From IMG/VR virus record IMGVR_UViG_3300030406_002796, positions 1 to 52,397 of that record: 52,397 nucleotides of DNA, one strand, 5' to 3'. The DNA comes from a virus (lineage: Duplodnaviria > Caudoviricetes). The position numbers were made by a program, and so were the translations under genes. How positions within the stretch are numbered: the stretch's first letter is position 1; the number at the start of each line of letters is the position of its first letter. The notes beneath the pieces are model-generated. The model was not told the DNA's origin. It worked only from the letters and a program-made list of their open reading frames with translations, and did no database searches. Of this stretch, positions 1 to 6,142 are shown piece after piece.

Positions 1-531
1 TTCGTAGCCTAGCTCTAAACTATGTTCATGGAACTGTTTAGCTTCTTTCTCGCTACTAACTAATTGTGTAAATACACCATTAATACAATCACGTATTGGC
101 AGATTTTGCACAATAAAGTTCCTACGCTGTTCATAGGTTTTAGTGGTATCTATTATATCATAACAATGAAAGTGTACATTCTGGGCTGATATATATCTGT
201 CCTCATCAGTCGGTTTTGTTTTTCTGACCATAGATATTATAGACTCAAAATCGTCTTTAAAATCATGATTATACAACTCACCGTCGAGTACAACATTTGG
301 GTGTTTGTGAAAAAAAGGTGTCAACTCTTCTAATATATGGTTGATATTTTTCCACTCTTTGTCGTTACGTGAATACGCAACAACTTTACCCTTATCCATA
401 AAATTAGGACCGGTCTTTTCGTACTGTATTAAGCAACGCACGCCGTCAAGCTTTGGTTGCATATACACTACACTTTTGTAGTCTATTGGTTTGTCACTTA
501 CTGGGTAAGCTAACATTGGTTTATATTTCAT
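1..531 (-). CDS. ATP-dependent DNA ligase (3' end runs off window)
   Basis: Manual translation MKYKPMLAYPV...MQPKLDGVRCL (motif I KxDG), VVLDGELYNH (motif III), FHCYDII (IIIa), LGYE at window edge (IV). Not in the ORF track because it is truncated. Alternative ATG at 537. Confidence 0.93.
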   Translation of the reverse strand, partial: MKYKPMLAYPVSDKPIDYKSVVYMQPKLDGVRCLIQYEKTGPNFMDKGKVVAYSRNDKEWKNINHILEELTPFFHKHPNVVLDGELYNHDFKDDFESIISMVRKTKPTDEDRYISAQNVHFHCYDIIDTTKTYEQRRNFIVQNLPIRDCINGVFTQLVSSEKEAKQFHEHSLELGYE

Positions 532-808
532 CTTCATCTTCAAAATTCATTAAGTTTGGGTCAATCGGTAGACCTAATCTATCGCTTAACTCCATAATTC
601 GTATTTTCATTATAGCACATTTTTCGTATTCTTCGCGATCTAAGTAAAGATTTTGAAGGGTGACACAGCGTGCTAACTCACCTATTTGATGGTCTTTTAT
701 GTTAGTGGTAGACCAGTCTGGACCACTTGTTTCTTTTGCTAAGTTTACTAACTCTTCAGCAATAAACTTAGCTAATCGTTTTAAATTTTCCTCAGGTATA
801 TTATCCAT
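521..808 (-). CDS. hypothetical protein with UVR (UvrB/UvrC-type) coiled-coil motif
   Basis: ORF track; LDREEYEKCAIMKIRIMEL resembles the UVR consensus E.YE.AA..RD.I. Confidence 0.6.
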   Translation of the reverse strand: MDNIPEENLKRLAKFIAEELVNLAKETSGPDWSTTNIKDHQIGELARCVTLQNLYLDREEYEKCAIMKIRIMELSDRLGLPIDPNLMNFEDEDEI

Positions 809-1221
809 TAGTCATCGTATTTTGTTTGCAATTGTTTTGGTTTACCTACAAAGATGCACTCATCACCATCAAATATGCTAATCCATATGTCTTTATGGTA
901 ATCGCCCCACACATAATACTCATAATCTATCCAACTATGAGGCCTTTCTGGGTCTTCTATATATACATTACCTGGTTCATCTTTTAGCTCTGCTATGATA
1001 GAAGCTGCCATACATGCGATACCATTAAAACAATTTTTATCGTCTCTATTTAGACCATTAGTTATTTTTTTATCTTCTAGATAATTAGCTAATGTCACAC
1101 CTAAATATTCAGGGTAACCATCATAGTGATGATAAATACTTACCAGTTTTTTATCTGGTTTTTCACTAAACGATACTCCTTCTTCACGCTTAGCTATGCT
1201 TATTGTTGCTCTTGTTCCCAT
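808..1221 (-). CDS. conserved phage hypothetical protein
   Basis: MGTRA...IYHHYDGYPEYLG...DYEYYV pattern typical of a widespread phage early-gene family; coupled to downstream gene. Confidence 0.7.
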   Translation of the reverse strand: MGTRATISIAKREEGVSFSEKPDKKLVSIYHHYDGYPEYLGVTLANYLEDKKITNGLNRDDKNCFNGIACMAASIIAELKDEPGNVYIEDPERPHSWIDYEYYVWGDYHKDIWISIFDGDECIFVGKPKQLQTKYDD

Positions 1222-1222
1222 A

Positions 1223-1324
1223 TTATTTAATTTTAGTTTGTATAGCTAGTATTGTAAATATAGCTAAGTAAAAAAATGCGACAGTAGTTATACTTAAACC
1301 ACCGTCTGTTATAAATTTTTCCAT
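1223..1324 (-). CDS. 33-aa single-TM hypothetical protein
   Basis: Manual translation MEKFITDGGLSITTVAFFYLAIFTILAIQTKIK; fills the gap between neighbours exactly. Confidence 0.55.
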   Translation of the reverse strand: MEKFITDGGLSITTVAFFYLAIFTILAIQTKIK

Positions 1325-1325
1325 A

Positions 1326-1589
1326 CTACCCTGTTATTGAAACTGTATAATCTTCATCATCAGAAATTAAAAATCTATCACCATACAGTAAATCCATATG
1401 ACTAATAGATAATAAATTAGTATGTGAAAAGTTAATAAGCTTACTAACATCATGTACTTTCAAGTCAGACCAAAAGCTTGCTGCTTTTAAGCTGTCAATT
1501 AAAGCCATGGTTGTAGTAGGATATTTTTTTAAGTCTTCCTGAATACCATCGCGTATTTCGGGTTTTAGTTTTTCGTATAAATTTTTCAT
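1326..1589 (-). CDS. hypothetical protein
   Basis: ORF track; directly downstream of an early promoter-motif copy. Confidence 0.7.
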   Translation of the reverse strand: MKNLYEKLKPEIRDGIQEDLKKYPTTTMALIDSLKAASFWSDLKVHDVSKLINFSHTNLLSISHMDLLYGDRFLISDDEDYTVSITG

Positions 1590-1594
1590 ATTAT

Positions 1595-1625
1595 TATTAT
1601 CTTACTTTATTTGTATTTAATTTGT
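1595..1625 (-). promoter_or_regulatory. putative phage early promoter, copy 1
   Basis: ACAAATTAAATAC-N10-AGATAATA, 6 nt upstream of ATG 1589. Confidence 0.7.
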
Positions 1626-1632
1626 ACAAAGA

Positions 1633-1791
1633 ACGAGGCCGGGCAGGTGTGGTTCGTATAAACATCTGTCAAGTGGTTTCGTTGACATCACTAATCGGCC
1701 CAATTCACCACTATCGTTTATATCTGCTTTATCCTGCCGTTTGCGTGGAGGACTCGAATACCTCATACACGCGTTACCACGCTCACCTCGT
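1633..1791 (-). ncRNA. putative multi-stem structured ncRNA
   Basis: Nested complementary stems ACGAGG/CCTCGT, GCGTG/CACGC, GAGG/CCTC, GGCAGG/CCTGCC, TATAAAC/GTTTATA, TGTCAA/TTGACA in a GC-rich intergenic stretch. Confidence 0.55.
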
Positions 1792-1799
1792 ATTTATAG

Positions 1800-1881
1800 T
1801 AGCACGGGTAGGAATCGAACCTACCAACTCGTCAGTTAACAACACTAGCAATTACTTGCATCATCATGCCCAGTCCGTGCT
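1800..1881 (-). ncRNA. tRNA-like RNA with non-canonical D and anticodon arms
   Basis: Acceptor AGCACGG/CCGTGCT, T-arm GTAGG-TTCGATT-CCTAC, variable-arm hairpin TAACT-GACG-AGTTG; weak anticodon stem. Confidence 0.6.
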
Positions 1882-1884
1882 ATT

Positions 1885-1956
1885 GCAGCAAGAAGGTTAG
1901 ATGGTCGTGTACTTAATCCGATTGTCGGCGTATTGACCTACACTCCCTTCGCCTGC
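1885..1956 (-). ncRNA. putative pseudoknotted ncRNA
   Basis: Outer GCAG/CTGC and GAAGG/CCTTC, inner GTGTA/TACAC, crossing GGTC/GACC, hairpin CCGA-CAA-TCGG. Confidence 0.45.
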
Positions 1957-1960
1957 GTTT

Positions 1961-2134
1961 TTAGTTTCCGTATCTATCTCTCAGCGCAGAATAGTTTTGC
2001 ATAATGCTAACTATTTTATCTTTACTTAATCCTGAATAGTCGGAAACTACAGAAGTATTAAACATGTTAGTTACTCCTGATTCTCTTACATCTTCGTAAG
2101 CTTGGAAATCATCTTGTGTTATTTCTACTGTCAT
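1961..2134 (-). CDS. 57-aa hypothetical protein (DUF5049-like)
   Basis: Manual translation MTVEITQDDFQAYEDVRESGVTNMFNT...; the RESGxTNMF motif recalls DUF5049. Confidence 0.65.
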   Translation of the reverse strand: MTVEITQDDFQAYEDVRESGVTNMFNTSVVSDYSGLSKDKIVSIMQNYSALRDRYGN

Positions 2135-2140
2135 ATTATA

Positions 2141-2356
2141 TTATTTTAACATAGTACCGTAGCCGCGTCTGCGAGTTTTTTTCAGTATGAACTCAGCATC
2201 TTCGCTAGACATGATTTGAATCTCGTTACCAGTCTTGTGATTTGTTATTGGTATACAACCATAACGCATTACTGACGAGCAGTTAACGCAAACCTTATAG
2301 CCAAGATCGAGGCGGCCTTGTGGTACATTATTATTACATTTTAAACATTGTTTCAT
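2141..2356 (-). CDS. C4 zinc-finger protein (DksA/TraR-like finger)
   Basis: CLKC...PQGRLDLGYKVCVNCS. Confidence 0.65.
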   Translation of the reverse strand: MKQCLKCNNNVPQGRLDLGYKVCVNCSSVMRYGCIPITNHKTGNEIQIMSSEDAEFILKKTRRRGYGTMLK

Positions 2357-2363
2357 ACGTATA

Positions 2364-2394
2364 TATTATCTTGTAGTGATTGTATTTTGTTTGT
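2364..2394 (-). promoter_or_regulatory. putative phage early promoter, copy 2
   Basis: ACAAACAAAATAC-N10-AGATAATA upstream of ATG 2356. Confidence 0.7.
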
Positions 2395-2395
2395 A

Positions 2396-2623
2396 TTAAA
2401 ATATATCATCTAAATCGATAGTATAGCTATGATCGCTACTATTTTCACTAGCGGCTACTATAGCGGCTTGCAAACCGTCTAAGTAACCTGCTTTGTAAAG
2501 AGCTGTTTCGTGAGGCGTAATTACTTTATTATTTATTAATAAAAATTCTTTAGCATCACTATAAGCTTCTGGACTCATCTCATCCATTGCTTCTTGTTCT
2601 AAATCTTTTAATTTTTCTATCAT
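2396..2623 (-). CDS. hypothetical protein
   Basis: ORF track, acidic, in tightly packed minus-strand operon. Confidence 0.65.
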   Translation of the reverse strand: MIEKLKDLEQEAMDEMSPEAYSDAKEFLLINNKVITPHETALYKAGYLDGLQAAIVAASENSSDHSYTIDLDDIF

Positions 2624-2718
2624 TATTTACTTAATTTATCAATATCATTACTTATTTGCGTAGTTACGTACATACCTGCACAAAAACCTACTACAAATAC
2701 TATTATTATTTCTATCAT
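2623..2718 (-). CDS. 31-aa single-TM hypothetical protein
   Basis: Manual translation MIEIIIVFVVGFCAGMYVTTQISNDIDKLSK; TAATG overlap with next gene. Confidence 0.6.
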   Translation of the reverse strand: MIEIIIVFVVGFCAGMYVTTQISNDIDKLSK

Positions 2719-2719
2719 T

Positions 2720-3289
2720 TTAACTTAAATTATAACGGTGACCGTTGATTACTACTTTAATATCATTATTATCTATAAAACTATCACGCTCTACTGTTTC
2801 TTCAAACGGTAAATCTTGCGGTTCTGGTTTTACATTTTGCATTAAACTTACTTGATAGTCATTAATTCTATAAAAACTAGCACCAGTTTGATTTCTGTAG
2901 TAGTTTTTAAGTATATAATTACAAAGGTAAACAAAGCGATCTTCATGATTAGGTATCATTATTCGCTCTTTACCAACATATCTATTATACTTACCTGTCC
3001 AGTTACCATCAAGGTCGTAGTCTTTATAGTATTTTGGTGCAATACGAGTTCTATTTAGTTGATAGCAACAGTAGCTAGCACCTTTACTATTAACTAACAT
3101 TTTACGCACATAGCCACTTTTGTAAATAGTAAATCTGTTTACTTCTTTGTAGCCGTTAGCGTACATAGTTTTAAATGGTAACTCAAAAACTTGAGTACCT
3201 TTTTTACTCTGCCAGTCTTTAGTGACATCTTTAATACCAAGCAAGTCAAATATAGCTCTTGCTTCGTGTATATTTTTTACTTTATTCAT
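2720..3289 (-). CDS. hypothetical protein
   Basis: 189-aa ORF in operon context. Confidence 0.75.
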   Translation of the reverse strand: MNKVKNIHEARAIFDLLGIKDVTKDWQSKKGTQVFELPFKTMYANGYKEVNRFTIYKSGYVRKMLVNSKGASYCCYQLNRTRIAPKYYKDYDLDGNWTGKYNRYVGKERIMIPNHEDRFVYLCNYILKNYYRNQTGASFYRINDYQVSLMQNVKPEPQDLPFEETVERDSFIDNNDIKVVINGHRYNLS

Positions 3290-3290
3290 A

Positions 3291-3476
3291 TTAATTATCT
3301 TTTATTATTCTATCGCTTTCATGGCACATCCACTGACAGCAACTTAAACTATGACCTTTGCCTGTTATAAAATCTTCAAAAGCTTCATTATCAGGTAACC
3401 ACGCGTTACCTATTTTGTATTGAAATACTTCACCGACTTCAAAATCTAGCACCGTTATATAGTTAACTCTTTTCAT
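3291..3476 (-). CDS. hypothetical protein
   Basis: ORF track; ITVLDF..G.V.QY...GH.L....WM pattern. Confidence 0.6.
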   Translation of the reverse strand: MKRVNYITVLDFEVGEVFQYKIGNAWLPDNEAFEDFITGKGHSLSCCQWMCHESDRIIKDN

Positions 3477-3478
3477 TT

Positions 3479-3682
3479 TTAATATTTTAATATTTGTGGT
3501 AAATATTTTTCATATAAAGCATTAGATTCATCACTTAAACCAGCGTCATCTAGCGCTTCCATTACTTTACTTATAGTTTTCCAAGCGTTTTGACCACGCT
3601 CGTATACACTATAATCATCACTATATTGGTAAAACCAGTCGTGATTTTGCAGTAATTCTTCTAATGTTTTTAATTTACTCAT
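3479..3682 (-). CDS. hypothetical protein (HDWxYxYSDD family)
   Basis: Start reassigned to ATG 3682 (MSKLKTLEELLQNHDWFYQYSDD) because the GTG extension overlaps the 3675-3812 ORF. Confidence 0.7.
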   Translation of the reverse strand: MSKLKTLEELLQNHDWFYQYSDDYSVYERGQNAWKTISKVMEALDDAGLSDESNALYEKYLPQILKY

Positions 3683-3812
3683 AATTTTTATGTTTTTTCT
3701 TACGACTATAAGTCTTTTTACTTTTATGAACACGCTTGAAACGAGAGAATTGCCAAAAAGGATTACCTTTTCGATACTCTTTTGACTCTATTTTAATAGT
3801 TATTCTCTTCAT
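3675..3812 (-). CDS. 45-aa basic protein, ArfA/BrfA-like ribosome rescue factor candidate
   Basis: Manual translation MKRITIKIESKEYRKGNPFWQFSRFKRVHKSKKTYSRKKKHKNYE; ATGA overlap with the upstream ORF. Confidence 0.55.
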   Translation of the reverse strand: MKRITIKIESKEYRKGNPFWQFSRFKRVHKSKKTYSRKKKHKNYE

Positions 3813-3934
3813 TTCTTGCGCTTTTTATCGCAACACTTGTAATCTAATACATCTTGTCTAGTTATCTTGCCTTCCATTTGCTTGATAATTAGACTAGTGT
3901 AGTTAGCTTTACAGTATTTGCATTCATATCTCAT
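3809..3934 (-). CDS. 41-aa Cys-containing hypothetical protein
   Basis: Manual translation MRYECKYCKANYTS...DYKCCDKKRKK; 6 nt downstream of promoter motif. Confidence 0.55.
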   Translation of the reverse strand: MRYECKYCKANYTSLIIKQMEGKITRQDVLDYKCCDKKRKK

Positions 3935-3939
3935 AATTA

Positions 3940-3970
3940 TATTATCTTATAGTGTTCGTATTTTATTTGT
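3940..3970 (-). promoter_or_regulatory. putative phage early promoter, copy 3
   Basis: ACAAATAAAATAC-N10-AGATAATA. Confidence 0.7.
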
Positions 3971-3974
3971 ATAG

Positions 3975-4048
3975 TGATCGAGGTAGGAATCGAACCTACA
4001 CTCTACAGCTTAGAAGGCTGTTGCTTTATCCAGTTAAGCTACTCGACC
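3975..4048 (-). tRNA. tRNA-Arg(TCT)
   Basis: Full cloverleaf: acceptor GGTCGAG/CTCGATC, D-arm GCTT..AAGC with TGG, anticodon arm ACAGC-CTTCTAA-GCTGT, T-arm GTAGG-TTCGATT-CCTAC; no encoded CCA (CTA follows). AGA is the dominant Arg codon in the phage genes. Confidence 0.95.
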
Positions 4049-4059
4049 GAAGTTTAATA

Positions 4060-4203
4060 TTATTTCTTTTCTTCTACTTCTTCATCTTCTTCAAGAAAAT
4101 CTAAGTGATTTTCCTTCTTTTCATAAAGTGTAGGACCATAGTAGTCTTGATACATTATGTAAATCCAGTGAAGAATTAGTAATGTTATTATTAAATCGCA
4201 CAT
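4060..4203 (-). CDS. 47-aa membrane protein with acidic tail
   Basis: Manual translation MCDLIITLLILHWIYIMYQDYYGP...EEDEEVEEKK. Confidence 0.55.
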   Translation of the reverse strand: MCDLIITLLILHWIYIMYQDYYGPTLYEKKENHLDFLEEDEEVEEKK

Positions 4204-4204
4204 A

Positions 4205-4492
4205 TTATTGTAGTGTTATACCGTTATTACTTGCTAATTTATCTAAAAACATGTCAATATCTGCTACATTTTTAGCGTCTATTAGCTCCTTTATTTCGCT
4301 GCAATACTCATATTCTTCAGTATTTTCAAAGTATTCTAACATTTCTTGTAGTTCTTCAGTGCGAAAGTCAAATGGATTACCATAAAACATTGCGCCTGCT
4401 CCGCTATATTGAGTTAAAACATCTTCAACACTCATCCTATTAGTGAGTACTCCAAACGAGTTTCTCATTAAATTATCTATATCTATTTCCAT
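4205..4492 (-). CDS. hypothetical protein with UVR-like motif
   Basis: YFENTEEYEYCSEIKELID. Confidence 0.6.
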   Translation of the reverse strand: MEIDIDNLMRNSFGVLTNRMSVEDVLTQYSGAGAMFYGNPFDFRTEELQEMLEYFENTEEYEYCSEIKELIDAKNVADIDMFLDKLASNNGITLQ

Positions 4493-4815
4493 AATTTACT
4501 TAATTTTTTAGTCATTTCTTCAGTAGTAAGAGTAGATTTAGCAGTACTAACTAAGTGTATTACTTTAGCCACTTCGTCTGTAGTAGTGTAACCACGAACT
4601 ACATCATACTCTAACATCACCATTTTACCATCGCGAGTACTCCAAACAGCTATTTCTGCATTATTAGAATCCCAGCAATCAGTGTTTTTAGGTGAATCAT
4701 AGTTATCTTCTCTTCGCTCACAGTAGTTACCTGGACCGAATTGTACACTCACTTGCCAACTATTGTTGAACTTTAAGTGAAAACCTTTATGATTTGTTAT
4801 ACTAAATCTACTCAT
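4483..4815 (-). CDS. conserved phage hypothetical protein
   Basis: KGFHLKFNNSWQVSVQFGPGNYCE...AEIAVW pattern of a common phage family. Confidence 0.7.
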   Translation of the reverse strand: MSRFSITNHKGFHLKFNNSWQVSVQFGPGNYCERREDNYDSPKNTDCWDSNNAEIAVWSTRDGKMVMLEYDVVRGYTTTDEVAKVIHLVSTAKSTLTTEEMTKKLSKLWK

Positions 4816-4924
4816 CTTTATACCAATATTCGTTTAAAATTTCTATTTGTTGCTCAAAATTGCAAGTGTCAAAGCCGAACTCGCCAAATCTTTCTTGCGC
4901 TAGTTTATTTATTTTTTCTATCAT
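4808..4924 (-). CDS. 38-aa hypothetical protein
   Basis: Manual translation MIEKIIKLAQERFGEFGFDTCNFEQQIEILNEYWYKDE. Confidence 0.55.
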   Translation of the reverse strand: MIEKINKLAQERFGEFGFDTCNFEQQIEILNEYWYKDE

Positions 4925-4938
4925 AACTTAATTTTTAG

Positions 4939-4979
4939 TGGTAGTGGTGAGAATCGAACTCACTTAAACCATTACTACC
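4939..4979 (-). ncRNA. tRNA minihelix-like element (acceptor stem + T-arm only)
   Basis: GGTAGT-AATGGTTTAA-GTGAG-TTCGATT-CTCAC-C-ACTACC-A followed by CTA. Confidence 0.55.
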
Positions 4980-5027
4980 TTTTACTCATTCGTATTATTT
5001 TTAGTTGCTAAACAAGTGGAACTACAA

Positions 5028-5159
5028 CTATATACTCATATTTACGCCACTAGTAGCGACGTTGTAAATTAGCATTCCGAGAACGTATACTATACTTGCA
5101 CACATACTTACAATTACTGAAGTAATTATAACTTCCTCGTGAGTGAATTTACGCTTCAT
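5028..5159 (-). CDS. 43-aa single-TM hypothetical protein
   Basis: Manual translation MKRKFTHEEVIITSVIVSMCASIVYVLGMLIYNVATSGVNMSI; TAATG overlap. Confidence 0.55.
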   Translation of the reverse strand: MKRKFTHEEVIITSVIVSMCASIVYVLGMLIYNVATSGVNMSI

Positions 5160-5392
5160 TAGGTAATATCTTCATTTCTTACCATCATTGGTATGTTATT
5201 ACTCGCAGTATAAGACTTGTACTTTAACCAACATGGCATTGCTTCAAGTTTATCTTTCATAATAGCAAACACTTTATCGTGATTGTAAGTGGCAGTTTTA
5301 CCATTTTTGAACTCTACGTTTATAGTCTTGTTCTGACCTACTAGTGACTGCCTCACTACAAATCTTTTAGACTTAATTACATTATTTTCCAT
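5159..5392 (-). CDS. hypothetical early protein, paralog of 5822-6043
   Basis: Shared KRFV.R.SL.G...YNHD.V...MPC..KYKSYT. Confidence 0.8.
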   Translation of the reverse strand: MENNVIKSKRFVVRQSLVGQNKTINVEFKNGKTATYNHDKVFAIMKDKLEAMPCWLKYKSYTASNNIPMMVRNEDIT

Positions 5393-5414
5393 AACTATTT
5401 AATTTATTTATTAT

Positions 5415-5445
5415 TATTATCTTTACTATTTTGTATTTAGTTTGC
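5415..5445 (-). promoter_or_regulatory. putative phage early promoter, copy 4
   Basis: GCAAACTAAATAC-N10-AGATAATA. Confidence 0.7.
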
Positions 5446-5447
5446 AA

Positions 5448-5615
5448 TTATATTACTGTACAAAAATCAGCATTCACTTCTATATCATCTCTTCGATGTA
5501 AATCATCTTTTATTCTTGATAATTCTATACATGTTTTAGTGTATAATTCTAACTTTGTATATTCATGATTAGTGAATCCAAGTATATAATTTACTAAGTA
5601 ATTTTTATAATCCAT
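5448..5615 (-). CDS. 55-aa hypothetical protein
   Basis: Manual translation MDYKNYLVNYILGFTNHEYTKLELY...; lies between two promoter copies and shares the ATAGTTATGG start context with 5392. Confidence 0.55.
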   Translation of the reverse strand: MDYKNYLVNYILGFTNHEYTKLELYTKTCIELSRIKDDLHRRDDIEVNADFCTVI

Positions 5616-5639
5616 AACTATTTATTTTATTTACATTAT

Positions 5640-5670
5640 TATTATCTTTGCTCTTTCGTATTTAGTTTGT
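5640..5670 (-). promoter_or_regulatory. putative phage early promoter, copy 5
   Basis: ACAAACTAAATAC-N10-AGATAATA. Confidence 0.7.
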
Positions 5671-5760
5671 AAAAGTATATTATTTGTTTATACATTTATT
5701 TTCGTTAGCGCATACTCCGCCACTTCTCTCATTGTATAAATGAAAGTTATAATTATAGTA

Positions 5761-5803
5761 TGACATTAGCAATATAAGTACTTAGAGTAACTAGCTATTG
5801 TCA
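5761..5803. repeat. intergenic inverted repeat
   Basis: TGACATTAGC-N23-GCTATTGTCA, 9/10 complementary. Confidence 0.45.
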
Positions 5804-5821
5804 CAGTATTTAGTAGAAATA

Positions 5822-6043
5822 TTACTCAGTAATTTTCATATTTCTACAAAATGCTGGCATACAATTAGTATTAGTATACGATTTATACTTTTGAAAACAA
5901 GGCATACTATCAAATCTTAGTTTGTGAAATTTATACACTTCATCGTGATTATACTTTACTACTTCACCTTTCTTGTTAGTGAACTCTACTACTACGTCTT
6001 TACCGATTAAAGACTTTCTTATTACAAATCTTTTTAATTTCAT
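5822..6043 (-). CDS. hypothetical early protein, paralog of 5159-5392
   Basis: See paralog; first gene of the minus-strand block. Confidence 0.8.
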   Translation of the reverse strand: MKLKRFVIRKSLIGKDVVVEFTNKKGEVVKYNHDEVYKFHKLRFDSMPCFQKYKSYTNTNCMPAFCRNMKITE

Positions 6044-6076
6044 ATTATTATATTTTATATTATTAAACTTCTATAT

Positions 6077-6107
6077 TATTATCTTTATTGTTTTGTATTT
6101 TGTTTGT
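6077..6107 (-). promoter_or_regulatory. putative phage early promoter, copy 6
   Basis: ACAAACAAAATAC-N10-AGATAATA. Confidence 0.7.
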
Positions 6108-6142
6108 TAGTAATTTAGTTTATTATTTAAATTAGTTATATA

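Noticed and set aside
1087-1099. AGCTAATGTCACA matching one arm of the 5761-5803 inverted repeat
   Set aside because: Single arm inside a coding region (GVTLAN codons); may be chance
1633-1800. Theta/HDV-like ribozyme downstream of the tRNA-like element
   Set aside because: Could not build the nested P1/P1.1/P2/P3 double pseudoknot at the tRNA 3' end by eye
1675-1840. Hammerhead ribozyme core fragments CTGACGAG and CGAAAC on the minus strand with a possible GTTGGTA/TGTCAAC stem II
   Set aside because: No compatible stem I or correctly ordered cleavage triplet; both fragments are already used in local hairpins
1800-1881. Amber suppressor tRNA and TAG recoding of the genome
   Set aside because: The CTA register needs G33 and a weak stem; long genes are intact in the standard code and TAG serves as a normal stop (e.g. 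10081, 46723)
1622-1900. 92-aa plus-strand ORF
   Set aside because: TTG start, antisense to the early block, overlaps the structured RNAs
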